In this document: positions 8,321 to 18,300 of the stretch, in pieces
How the letters are laid out: the number at the start of each line of letters is the position of its first letter
Numbering within the stretch: position 1 is the stretch's first letter
The notes under the pieces: generated by a model
What the model was told of the DNA's origin: nothing
What the model saw: the letters and a program-made list of their open reading frames with translations, nothing else
Databases searched by the model: none
Assembly: GCA_964431805.1 (NCBI GenBank)
Contig: CAYSKV010000004.1
Coordinates: 12,201 to 76,200 of the forward strand
Direction of reading: 5' to 3'
DNA: 64,000 nucleotides
Source of the DNA: an uncultured Gammaproteobacteria bacterium
Lineage (GTDB): Bacteria > Patescibacteriota > Patescibacteriia > Patescibacteriales > GWC2-42-12
Made by a program: the position numbers and the translations under genes

Positions 8321-8899
8321 ATGATCTCATATTTAAAAGGAAAAATTAGGAATAAAGGTAACGGTTTTGTAATATTAGAAGTAAATAATATTGGCTATCA
8401 AGTTTTTATTTCGCCTTTGTTTTATGCTGATTTAAGCCTTAATCAAGAAGTTGAATTCTATATTTATCAGCAGGTGCGTGAAGACGCTTTGGATTTGTAT
8501 GGTTTTAGAAATATGGAAGAATTAGAATTATTTGAATTGTTGCTTTCTATTTCCGGCATCGGGCCAAAATCGGCTCTAGGAGTTATGTCAATCGCTAGCG
8601 TCGCCGATATTAAAGAATCAATTTTTAGAGGTGATCCGGCGCTACTAACTAAAGTTTCTGGTATCGGTCGGAAAACCGCCGAAAGAGTAGTTTTAGAATT
8701 AAAAGAAAAAATTGGCAAATTGGTTATTGAAGATGGCGGAATAAGTAAAAGCAGTCTTGGTTCAAGCGACGAGATTGACGCTTTAATGGCACTCGGCTAT
8801 TCGCTTTCACAAGCACGAGACGCGTTAAATAGTATTGACGGGAAAATAAAGGATAGTGGCGAAAGAATCAGACAAGCTTTAAAAATGTTGGGAAAATAA
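8321..8899 (+). CDS. ruvA: Holliday junction branch migration complex subunit RuvA
   Basis: MISYLKGKI start at ATG 8321 (the track ORF begins at an upstream TTG). Helix-hairpin-helix strings ISGIGPKSA and VSGIGRKTAERV. C-terminal domain III. Confidence 0.9.
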   Translation: MISYLKGKIRNKGNGFVILEVNNIGYQVFISPLFYADLSLNQEVEFYIYQQVREDALDLYGFRNMEELELFELLLSISGIGPKSALGVMSIASVADIKESIFRGDPALLTKVSGIGRKTAERVVLELKEKIGKLVIEDGGISKSSLGSSDEIDALMALGYSLSQARDALNSIDGKIKDSGERIRQALKMLGK

Positions 8900-8947
8900 A
8901 TCTTTAAAATTTTTTTAAGGATTTTTCTCTAAAGGGTTAAATATAAT

Positions 8948-9928
8948 ATGCAAATAATTAAGATAACGGATAAAAAACAGCTAAATGATTTTGTTGGCTC
9001 ACAAACTAAGAGCCAATTTTTGCAATCATGGCAATGGGGGGAATTTCAAAAAGAAGTTAGCGGTACTATTTGGCGAATTGGTGTCGTAGAAGATGATGGA
9101 CGGCTATTAGCTTCGGCTAAATTAGTTAAAAAACAATTACCCATGGGGCGAAGTTATTTTTATTGCGGACGCGGTCCGGCTATAGGAGATATAAAAAGAA
9201 GCGCGGTAATTATGAATGAATTATTTAAGACCATTAAAGATTTAGCCACGGATGAAGGCGCTATGTTTTTAAGGTTTGAACCGGTTAATGAATTTAAAAT
9301 TTCTGATTTTAATTTTTCGATTTCTCAGACCATTGATGTCCAGCCAAGCCAAACATTAATTTTAGATTTAACTAAATCTGAAGAAGAAATTTTGCAAGGC
9401 ATGCATCAAAAAACTCGTTATAATATTCGTTTGGCAGAAAAGAAAGGCGTTAAAATTATTGAGGCAGGCGCTGATCGCTTTGAAGAATTTTGGCAACTCT
9501 TAGCTTCTACTGGCGATCGGGATGATTTTAATTTGCATGGTCGTAGTTATTATCAGGCTATGCTAAAAATGGATAATAGTTTTGTAAAATTATTATTTGC
9601 TGAATATAAAGGTAAATTATTAGCTGGAAATTTAGTAGTTTTTTTCGGCGACACGGTTACTTATATTCATGGCGGTTCTTCTAATGATAATCGAGAGGTA
9701 ATGGCGCCATACGCTTTGCAGTGGCATACTATTAAATTAGCTAAACAAGCAGGATTTAAATATTATGATTTTCATGGTATTGATGAAGTTAAATGGCCAG
9801 GAGTAACTCGTTTTAAAATGGGTTACGGCGGACAGATTGTAAAATATCCTGGTACTTTTGATTTAGTATATGATGACGCTTGGTATAATATTTATAAAAT
9901 GATTAGAAAAGTAAGAAGAACATTTTAA
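8948..9928 (+). CDS. FemAB-family peptidoglycan interpeptide-bridge aminoacyltransferase
   Basis: FLQSWQWGEF near the N-terminus, KTRYNIRLAEKKGV, YIHGGSS...APYALQW; typical of lipid II:aminoacyl transferases. Confidence 0.8.
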   Translation: MQIIKITDKKQLNDFVGSQTKSQFLQSWQWGEFQKEVSGTIWRIGVVEDDGRLLASAKLVKKQLPMGRSYFYCGRGPAIGDIKRSAVIMNELFKTIKDLATDEGAMFLRFEPVNEFKISDFNFSISQTIDVQPSQTLILDLTKSEEEILQGMHQKTRYNIRLAEKKGVKIIEAGADRFEEFWQLLASTGDRDDFNLHGRSYYQAMLKMDNSFVKLLFAEYKGKLLAGNLVVFFGDTVTYIHGGSSNDNREVMAPYALQWHTIKLAKQAGFKYYDFHGIDEVKWPGVTRFKMGYGGQIVKYPGTFDLVYDDAWYNIYKMIRKVRRTF

Positions 9929-9940
9929 ATATAATTAGTT

Positions 9941-11344
9941 ATGGAAAAATTTTTGCATATAATAAAACGATATATTCCCATTAAAATATTTAATGCTTTA
10001 CAACCAATTTATCATTGGTTGTTTTCTGCTTTAGCTTCGGCTTGGTATGGTTGGCCGTCAAATAAACTTATAGTTATAGGCATAACTGGCACAACCGGTA
10101 AAACTACCAGTGTTTATTTAATTTCTAAAATGCTAACTTCGGCTGGCTATAAAACTGGCTTTACTTCAACGGCTATGTTTAATGACGGCGACAAAGAGTG
10201 GTTGAATAATAAAAAAATGACCATGTCCGGCAGATTTTTTACCCAGAAAATGTTAAAAAAAATGGTAAAAAATAAATGCCAATATGCGATCGTGGAAACT
10301 ACTTCCCAAGGTATAGAGCAATATCGCCATAAATTTATAAATTATGATGTTGTAATTTTTACCGGTCTTTATCCAGAGCATATTGAGGCGCATGGCAGTT
10401 TCGAGAAGTATAAAGAAGCTAAAGCTAAATTGTTCGCGCATCTTAAAAAATGCAAAACAAAATATGCGGATGATAAAAAGAAAATAATAAAAACCGATAG
10501 CGGTTTAAAAAAAATTGAAGCTAACCGGGTGAAAAAAACCATTATCGCTAATGGCGATGACGCATATGCTAATTTCTTTTTGTCTTTTTGGGCTGAAGAA
10601 AAATTAATTTATACTAAAAATAATGGAATAAGCGATAAATTAAAGAGCGATAAAACTCATATTGTAAATTATGGCGATATTAAATCAAATCAGTCGGGTA
10701 TTAGCTTCAAGGCTGAAAAAACAGAAATAAAATTAAATTTATTAGGCGAATATAATGCGGCTAACGCTATGAATGCGGTTTGTTTAGGTTTAAGCCAAGA
10801 TATAAAATTAGAAAAAATAAGAATTGGTTTAGAAAAAATAAAAGGCGTTCCTGGTAGAATGGAAATAATTAAGAGTGCAGAGCCGGTTTTTACGGTTATA
10901 ATTGATTACGCTTTTGAACCAGAAGCTTTAAAAAAAATATATAGTACTATTTTAAATTTAGAACATAATAAAATAATTCATGTTTTAGGTTCAGCTGGCG
11001 GCGGGCGAGATATAGCTAGGCGGTCTAAACTCGGAGCTCTTTCTAGCATGACCGCTGATATAGTAATTGTAACCAATGAAGACCCTTACGATGATGATCC
11101 AAAATTAATTATTGATCAAGTTGCCATGGGCGCTAAAAATGGCGGCAAAGTTTTAGAAAAAGATTTATTTAAAATTGAAGATCGGCGAGAAGCTATTAAA
11201 AAAGCTCTAACTGAAGCTAGTGAAGGCGATATAGTTTTAATAACCGGTAAGGGTTGCGAGCAGGCGATTTGCGTAGCCGGAGGTGTAAAAATTCCGTGGG
11301 ACGATAGAAAAGTGGTAGAGGAGGAATTGAAAAAATTGAAATAA
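9941..11344 (+). CDS. Mur ligase family protein (MurE-like)
   Basis: ATP-binding P-loop GITGTTGKTTS, central-domain strings, and C-terminal domain (VLGSAGGGRD, TNEDPYDDDP). Substrate specificity cannot be read from the sequence. Confidence 0.75.
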   Translation: MEKFLHIIKRYIPIKIFNALQPIYHWLFSALASAWYGWPSNKLIVIGITGTTGKTTSVYLISKMLTSAGYKTGFTSTAMFNDGDKEWLNNKKMTMSGRFFTQKMLKKMVKNKCQYAIVETTSQGIEQYRHKFINYDVVIFTGLYPEHIEAHGSFEKYKEAKAKLFAHLKKCKTKYADDKKKIIKTDSGLKKIEANRVKKTIIANGDDAYANFFLSFWAEEKLIYTKNNGISDKLKSDKTHIVNYGDIKSNQSGISFKAEKTEIKLNLLGEYNAANAMNAVCLGLSQDIKLEKIRIGLEKIKGVPGRMEIIKSAEPVFTVIIDYAFEPEALKKIYSTILNLEHNKIIHVLGSAGGGRDIARRSKLGALSSMTADIVIVTNEDPYDDDPKLIIDQVAMGAKNGGKVLEKDLFKIEDRREAIKKALTEASEGDIVLITGKGCEQAICVAGGVKIPWDDRKVVEEELKKLK

Positions 11345-11553
11345 ATTTTTATGTTAAAAATAACATACTTCGTGCATGGCACAATAAAGGATAATAAAAA
11401 AGGCATTGCTGCGGACTGGAAATATCAGTGCTCTATTTGTGGATAACAATATCTATTGTTATGTAAAAATAATATTAAAATTATATATTATCGCTAATAT
11501 TAAATAAAATTAATTAATCTTCTGTATTTTTTGAAAATTTAAGCTAAAAACCC

Positions 11554-11582
11554 TTGACAAGCCCAATGATTGTTGTTAATAT
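11554..11582 (+). promoter_or_regulatory. Consensus sigma70-type promoter
   Basis: TTGACA (11554-11559), 17-nt spacer, TAATAT (11577-11582). Confidence 0.65.
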
Positions 11583-11588
11583 TTAAGA

Positions 11589-11731
11589 AGTTTTCAACAG
11601 GTAAAAAATTTGTAAATAAAATAGAATTCTTTCTGAGTCTCCGTTTTAACGGGGAAGGCAGAATAAAAATCCAAACGGCTCCGTAAAGACAGAACTCTAA
11701 CGGAAAGGAAATAGCATTGGCCGTTTTTTTG
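11589..11731 (+). ncRNA. Candidate small RNA bounded by a promoter and a terminator, upstream of rpoB
   Basis: Starts just after the 11554 promoter. AAACGGC (11673-11679) pairs with GCCGTTT (11720-11726), enclosing TCCGT (11680-11684) / ACGGA (11700-11704), then a T-run to 11730. No family recognised. Confidence 0.4.
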
Positions 11732-11822
11732 TTATCTTCGTTATTCATTTTTAAAATCCCCTTGCATATTTTTAAATCTTAAATAAGTGAAGACTTGTCT
11801 CATTAATTAAATATTTCGCGTT

Positions 11823-11857
11823 AACTCACAGCTATTAAAAACTGGTTGAGTTTTTTT
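11823..11857 (+). terminator. Terminator/attenuator-like hairpin immediately upstream of rpoB
   Basis: AACTCACAG (11823-11831) pairs with CTG..TGAGTT (11842-11852), followed by TTTTTTT (11851-11857), 31 nt before ATG 11888. Confidence 0.5.
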
Positions 11858-11887
11858 GTTTTTAAATAAATTTATTAAAAATATATT

Positions 11888-14800
11888 ATGACTACGAAAT
11901 TAAAAACTGATAGCCGAAGATTTTTTACCGAAACTAAAGCGGCTATTGATTTACCAGATTTAATTGAAATTCAAAAAGATTCTTATAATTGGTTTTTGCG
12001 CGAAGGACTAAAGGATCTATTTGAGGAAATTTCTCCGATAACTGATTTTATCGGTCGTAATCTTGAATTATCTTTAGAAGATTATTATTTAGACGAACCT
12101 AAATTTGATGAAAGCGAAAGTAAGGCTAAAAATATTACTTATGAAGCTTCTTTACGAGTTAAAGCGAAATTATCAAATAAAAAAACCGGCCAAAGCGTTA
12201 CTCAAGAAGTATTTTTAGGCGACTTTCCTTTAATGACTAAAAACGGCACTTTTATAGTTAACGGCATTGAAAGAGTTGTGGTCTCGCAGTTAATTAGAAG
12301 CGCCGGCGTTATCTTTACTTCAGAATTTATAAAAGGAAAAAAATATTACGGTGCTAAAGTTATACCTAACCGAGGCGCTTGGCTTGAAATTGAAACCGAC
12401 ATGAACGACGTAATCTGGGTTAGAATTGATAGAAAAAGAAAAGTTGCTATTACTTCTTTATTTAGAGCTTTTGGTTATTCAACCGATGAAGAAATAAAAC
12501 AATTATTTGCCGGTGAAGAAGAAATAACCTCAGGCATTGACGGTGAAAAGAGTTTGCTTGGTTTTATTGAAGCTACTATAGCTAAAGATGCGGCTAAAAA
12601 TGAAGCCGAAGGATTAAAAGAAGTATATAAAAGAATCAGGCCAGGCGATTTAGCCACAACTGATAATGCCAGACAATTAATTCACTCCATGTTTTTTAGA
12701 TTTGATCGCTATGATTTTGATCGCGTCGGCCGCTACAAGATGAATAAACGATTTAATCAGAATGTCGTCAATAATAAAGAAAATAGAGTTTTAAGAAGAG
12801 AAGATTTGGTCGCGATTGTTAAAGAAGTTGTCAGATTAAATATTACTCAAGAAAAAGAAGATGATATAGATCATTTAGGCAATCGCCGCGTTAGAGCGAT
12901 TGGCGAATTAATTCAAAATAAATTTAGAGTTGGTCTCGCCAGAATGGAAAGAATTGTTAGGGACAGAATGAGTATTATGGATATTGATAGTTTAACGCCG
13001 AATAAATTAATTAATGCTCGTCCGGTGATTAGCGTAGTTAAGGAATTTTTCATGTCTTCGCAATTATCGCAATTTATGGATCAGACAAATCCTTTAGCCG
13101 AACTTGAACATAAACGTAGATTATCAGCTATGGGCCCAGGCGGTTTAACTCGCGAACGCGCTGGTTTCGAAGTGCGCGATGTGCACACCACTCATTACAG
13201 TCGTATTTGTCCGATTGCCACGCCAGAAGGTCCAAATATTGGTTTGGTTGGCCATTTAGCTAGTTATGCCAGACTTAATAGTTATGGTTTTATTGAAGCG
13301 CCTTATCGCGTAGTTTTACATGACATAGAAAATGACCCGGCTAAAACTGTTAATAAAATTGCTCGTGAAGATATTTATGAAATTAAAGGCGATAAAAAAG
13401 GCAAATTGATTATTAAAGCCGGTCAGGTAATTGATAAGAAAGTTGCAGTTGAATTAAAAGAAAAAATGGGGCATGTTACTATTCCGATAGTACCTGTTTT
13501 AGGCGACGAGATTGTTTACCTTGATGCTTTTGAAGAAGAAAAATATATTTCCACGCCGGCGACCACCCCGGTTGATGCTAACGGATATTTTAAGGTTCAA
13601 AAAGCTGAAGCTCGTAAGTATGGTCAACCTTCGCTTGAACCAGTTGAAAAAATAGATTTAATTGGCGTAGCGCCGAATCAAATTGTTTCTGTGGCCACTT
13701 CTTTAATTCCATTTTTGGAACATGATGATGGTATCAGAGCTTTAATGGGAACTAACATGCAACGCCAAGCTGTACCATTAATAACGGCTGAAGCGCCTAT
13801 TGTCGGTACGGGCATGGAAGCTAGAGCCGCTACTGATTGCGGACATGTAATTTTAGCTCCTGACGACGGAGAAATTGTTAAAGTTGATGGCGGCACAATT
13901 GAGTTTAAAGATAAAAAAGGCAAAACGACTAAGTATGTTTTAAATAAATTTTTACGTTCTAATGCTTCAACCTGCATAAATCAACGTCCGATCGTTGATC
14001 GAGGAGATAAAGTAAAGAAAGGCGATGTTTTAACTAACAGCTCAGCCGTAGATAATGGCGAATTGTCGTTAGGACGAAATGTTTTTGTAGCTTTTATGAC
14101 CTGGGAAGGTTTTAACTATGAAGACGCGGTAATTATTTCTGAACGTTTAATTAAGGAAGATGTTTATTCTTCAATTCATATAGAAAATTATACGATTGAC
14201 GTACGCGATACTAAGCTCGGACCGGAATTAATAACTAACGACATTCCTAATATCAGCGAAGAAAAATTAAAAGATTTAGATGAACGCGGTATTGTTCGTA
14301 TCAGCGCCGAAGTTTCTTCAGGTGATATTTTAGTCGGTAAAATTACGCCGAAAGGTGAGACCGAATTATCGGCGGAAGAAAAATTATTGCGCGCGATTTT
14401 TGGTGAAAAAGCCAAAGATGTTAGAGATTCTTCATTATATTTAGAGCATGGTGAACACGGTAAAGTGGTTGATGTTAAAATATTCTCTAGAGAAGACGGC
14501 GATAAATTAGCGGCTGGAGTAATTCAATCAATTCAGGTAACCGTAGCTAACTTAAGAAAGATTCAAATTGGAGATAAAATGGCTGGCCGTCATGGTAACA
14601 AAGGTGTTATTTCTAAAGTTGTGCCAGTTGAAGACATGCCTTACTTAGCCGATGGTACGCCGATTGAAATAATTTTGTCGCCTTTAGGTGTTGTTTCAAG
14701 AATGAACTTGGGACAGATTTTAGAAACTCATTTAGGTTATGCCGCGAAAAAATTAAATTATAAAATAGCCGTACCTCCATTAAACGGCATTGCTGAAAAA

Positions 14801-15343
14801 CAAATTAAAGAAGAATTGGCGAAAGCTGATTTACCAACTAACGGTAAAGTAACTCTTTATGACGGTAAGACCGGTGAGGCTTATGATAATCAAGTGGTTA
14901 TTGGTTATAAATACATGTTGAAATTAAATCACATGGTTGAAGATAAGATGCACCAACGTTCTATTGGTCCATACTCATTAATTACACAACAGCCTTTAGG
15001 CGGTAAAGCCCAATTCGGCGGACAACGTTTCGGAGAAATGGAAGTCTGGGCGCTTGAAGCTTACGGCGCAGCTCATTGCTTGCAAGAAATCTTAACCATT
15101 AAATCAGACGATGTGCCAGGCAGAAGTAAGGCTTATGAGTCAATTATTAAAGGTGAGCCGATTAGAAAATTAAATGTCCCAGAATCATTTAACGTTTTAG
15201 TTAGAGAATTAAAAGGTTTATGCTTAGACGTTGAATTAATGCAAGGTGATCAAGTAATAAGTTTAGAACGCCAAGGAGATGATAAACCGGCAGAAGAAGG
15301 GGAAAGAAGAAGCAATTTTGGAGAAAAAGTTGAAATAATATAA
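11888..15343 (+). CDS. rpoB: DNA-directed RNA polymerase subunit beta
   Basis: 1151 aa with universal beta motifs (GDKMAGRHGNKGVISK, GQRFGEMEVWALEAYGA, SQLSQFMDQTNPL). Confidence 0.98.
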   Translation: MTTKLKTDSRRFFTETKAAIDLPDLIEIQKDSYNWFLREGLKDLFEEISPITDFIGRNLELSLEDYYLDEPKFDESESKAKNITYEASLRVKAKLSNKKTGQSVTQEVFLGDFPLMTKNGTFIVNGIERVVVSQLIRSAGVIFTSEFIKGKKYYGAKVIPNRGAWLEIETDMNDVIWVRIDRKRKVAITSLFRAFGYSTDEEIKQLFAGEEEITSGIDGEKSLLGFIEATIAKDAAKNEAEGLKEVYKRIRPGDLATTDNARQLIHSMFFRFDRYDFDRVGRYKMNKRFNQNVVNNKENRVLRREDLVAIVKEVVRLNITQEKEDDIDHLGNRRVRAIGELIQNKFRVGLARMERIVRDRMSIMDIDSLTPNKLINARPVISVVKEFFMSSQLSQFMDQTNPLAELEHKRRLSAMGPGGLTRERAGFEVRDVHTTHYSRICPIATPEGPNIGLVGHLASYARLNSYGFIEAPYRVVLHDIENDPAKTVNKIAREDIYEIKGDKKGKLIIKAGQVIDKKVAVELKEKMGHVTIPIVPVLGDEIVYLDAFEEEKYISTPATTPVDANGYFKVQKAEARKYGQPSLEPVEKIDLIGVAPNQIVSVATSLIPFLEHDDGIRALMGTNMQRQAVPLITAEAPIVGTGMEARAATDCGHVILAPDDGEIVKVDGGTIEFKDKKGKTTKYVLNKFLRSNASTCINQRPIVDRGDKVKKGDVLTNSSAVDNGELSLGRNVFVAFMTWEGFNYEDAVIISERLIKEDVYSSIHIENYTIDVRDTKLGPELITNDIPNISEEKLKDLDERGIVRISAEVSSGDILVGKITPKGETELSAEEKLLRAIFGEKAKDVRDSSLYLEHGEHGKVVDVKIFSREDGDKLAAGVIQSIQVTVANLRKIQIGDKMAGRHGNKGVISKVVPVEDMPYLADGTPIEIILSPLGVVSRMNLGQILETHLGYAAKKLNYKIAVPPLNGIAEKQIKEELAKADLPTNGKVTLYDGKTGEAYDNQVVIGYKYMLKLNHMVEDKMHQRSIGPYSLITQQPLGGKAQFGGQRFGEMEVWALEAYGAAHCLQEILTIKSDDVPGRSKAYESIIKGEPIRKLNVPESFNVLVRELKGLCLDVELMQGDQVISLERQGDDKPAEEGERRSNFGEKVEII

Positions 15344-15381
15344 ACAGTAATTATAAATTAAATTTAAAATACTATAATATT

Positions 15382-18300
15382 ATGCTTAATCCAATAAAAA
15401 CAACTGATTTTGACGCCATTAAATTAAAATTAGCTTCACCAGAAGAAGTTTTAAATTGGTCTCATGGCGAAGTCACTCGCCCAGAAACCATTAATTATCG
15501 TACGCAAAAACCGGAAAAAGATGGGTTGTTTTGCGAACGAATTTTTGGGCCGTCAAAAGATTGGGAATGCTATTGCGGAAAATATAAAAAAATTCGCTAT
15601 AAAGGCATAATTTGCGATAAGTGTGGCGTAGAAGTAACTAGAAGTTTAGTTAGACGCGAACGCATGGGCCATATAAAACTTGAAGCGCCAGTTTCGCATA
15701 TTTGGTTTTTGCGCGGCACTTCTTCAAAAATTGGTTTAATTTTAGATTTACCGATGCAGGCTCTAGAAAAGGTTGTTTACTTCGCTAGTTTTATTATTTC
15801 TGATGTTAATGAAGAATTGCATTTAGCCACTATTGAACAAATTAAGCAAGAATATAAAAATAAGAGAAAATCCATTGAAGCTGATTGGCAAAAACAAGTT
15901 AATGAAATTAAAAATAAAAAAGGCAAATTATTAACTCAGGGTAAAAGTGAATTTGAAATTGAAACTTTGTTAAGCCAGGAAATTGAAGCTTTGGAAAAAA
16001 TAAAAAATGATAAGCTTAATAATTTAGAGCAAGCTTTTGATCAAGCGCAAAAAGAACTAAAAGATTTAAAACCTCTAACTATAATTTCTGAAAGCGTTTA
16101 TCAAAATTTAAGTTTAAAATACGGCCATATTTTTACCGCCGATATTGGCGCTAGCGCTATTAGAAAACTTTTAGAAAAAATTGATTTAGATAAAACCATT
16201 GAACAAATAGATAAAGAACTTTTAGTAGCGATTGATTCAAAAAAGGATAAAATGATTCGACGCTTAAAATTATTAAAGAGCTTAAGAGCTAATAATTTAA
16301 GGCCGGAATGGATGATTTTAAATGTAGTGCCGGTTATACCGCCAGATTTAAGGCCGATGGTACCGCTTGATGGCGGACGTTTTGCCACTTCTGATTTAAA
16401 TGATTTATATCGCAGAATTATTAATCGTAATAATCGTTTAAAACAATTGATTGAACTTAACGCGCCGGAAGTTATTTGCCGCAATGAAAAGAGAATGCTT
16501 CAGGAAGCGGTTGACGCTTTAATTGATAATTCTATTAGACATGGCAAAACTGTTGTGGCGTCTACCGGCCAAAAAAGAATGCTAAAGTCACTCGCTGATT
16601 CCTTAAAAGGCAAACAAGGCAGATTCAGACAGAATTTACTTGGTAAAAGAATTGATTATTCAGGTAGAAGCGTTATCGTAGTTAATCCAAATTTGAATTT
16701 AGATCAATGCGGTTTACCGAAGCGCATGGCTTTAGAATTATTTAAACCTTTTATTATTAGCCAATTAATTAATAAAGAGATTGTTCATAATGTTAGAAGC
16801 GCTTCTCGCTATATTGAATCAGGCAAAGATGAAGTTTGGGATATTTTAGAAAATATTGTTAAGAAATCATTCGTTATGTTAAATCGCGCGCCGACTTTGC
16901 ATCGTTTAGGTATTCAAGCTTTTAGGCCAATTTTAATTGAAGGTTTAGCGATTCAAGTTAATCCTTTGGTTTGTACGGCTTTTAACGCTGACTTTGACGG
17001 CGACCAAATGGCGGTTCATGTGCCTTTGACCGAAGAAGCGATTGCCGAAGCTCGCGATATTATGTTAGCCAGTCATAATTTATTAAAGCCGGCTACCGGC
17101 GATCCAGTAGTCGCGCCCAACCAAGATATAGTTTGGGGAGCTTTTTATATCACTAATGTTGATCAGGCCTATGCAGACGCTGATGAGAAAAAATTAAAGA
17201 ATTTTTGCTCACCCGAAGATGCTAAATTATCCTATAGCATGAAGAATATAAAATTACAGCAGAAAATTAGAGTAATGATAGATGATAAATTAATTATTAC
17301 TACCGTGGGCAGAATTATTTTTAATGAAGTTTTACCTCCAAAATTACGTTTTGTTAATGAAACTGTAGGCAAAGGTAAATTAAAAAATTTAGTTAAAGAA
17401 TGTTTAAGACATTACGGCGAACAACCGACGATTGATCTATTGGATAATTTAAAGAAGACCAGTTTTAAATATATTACTAAAAGCGGATTGTCTTGGGGCA
17501 TGGACGATATACCTCATCTTTATGAAAAAGATGAAATGTTGGTTCAAGCTTCAAAGCAGGCTGAAGAAATTAGCGAACAATATCGAGATGGTCTTTTAAC
17601 TGATAGTGAAAGATATAGTAAAATTATTGAGCTTTGGACTACGGTTAAAGAAAAAGTAACAGAAATTTGCCGTCACCATCTACCGAAAGATGGGCCGGTT
17701 TATTCTATGATTGAATCAGGCGCTCGCGGTTCTTGGGCTCAGTTAACTCAAATTTTAGGCATGAAAGGCTTAGTAACTTCACCTTCGGGCGATATTATTG
17801 AATTGCCGGTTAAAGGAAATTTTAAACAAGGCTTTTCGGTTCTTGAATATTTTATTGCTACGCACGGTGTGCGTAAAGGTTTGTCCGATACAGCTCTTCG
17901 TACTTCTAATGCCGGTTATTTAACTAGACGCTTAGTTGATGTTTCACAAGATATTATTATAGTTAAAGATGATTGCGGAGATGATGAAGGCTTGTTAATT
18001 ACTAAAAAGGAAAGTGAAGAAATGAGCGAGAGTTTAGTTAAGCGCATGACCGGTAGATTTTTAGCGGCTGATTTAAAAAATAAAACCGGGAAAGTTTTAA
18101 TAAAAGCCGGTGAATTAGTTACTGAAGATTTGGCGGAAAAAATTGCTAAAGAAGATATTTTAGAAGCGAAAATTAGATCGGTTTTAACTTGTAAAATTCA
18201 TCGCGGTATTTGCTCTAAATGTTATGGTTATGATTTAGCTTATAATAAAACGGTTAAAATGGGCACGGCTGTAGGTATTATTGCGGCTCAATCAATTGGT

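Noticed and set aside
11539-11748. 69-aa minus-strand ORF in the rpoB upstream spacer
   Set aside because: A consensus plus-strand promoter and a plus-strand terminator bracket the same interval. The ORF has no SD or family resemblance, so a plus-strand non-coding transcript is the more economical reading.
12475-16484. Five antisense ORFs (60-127 aa) inside rpoB and rpoC
   Set aside because: They are shadow ORFs of long conserved genes, with no independent signals.
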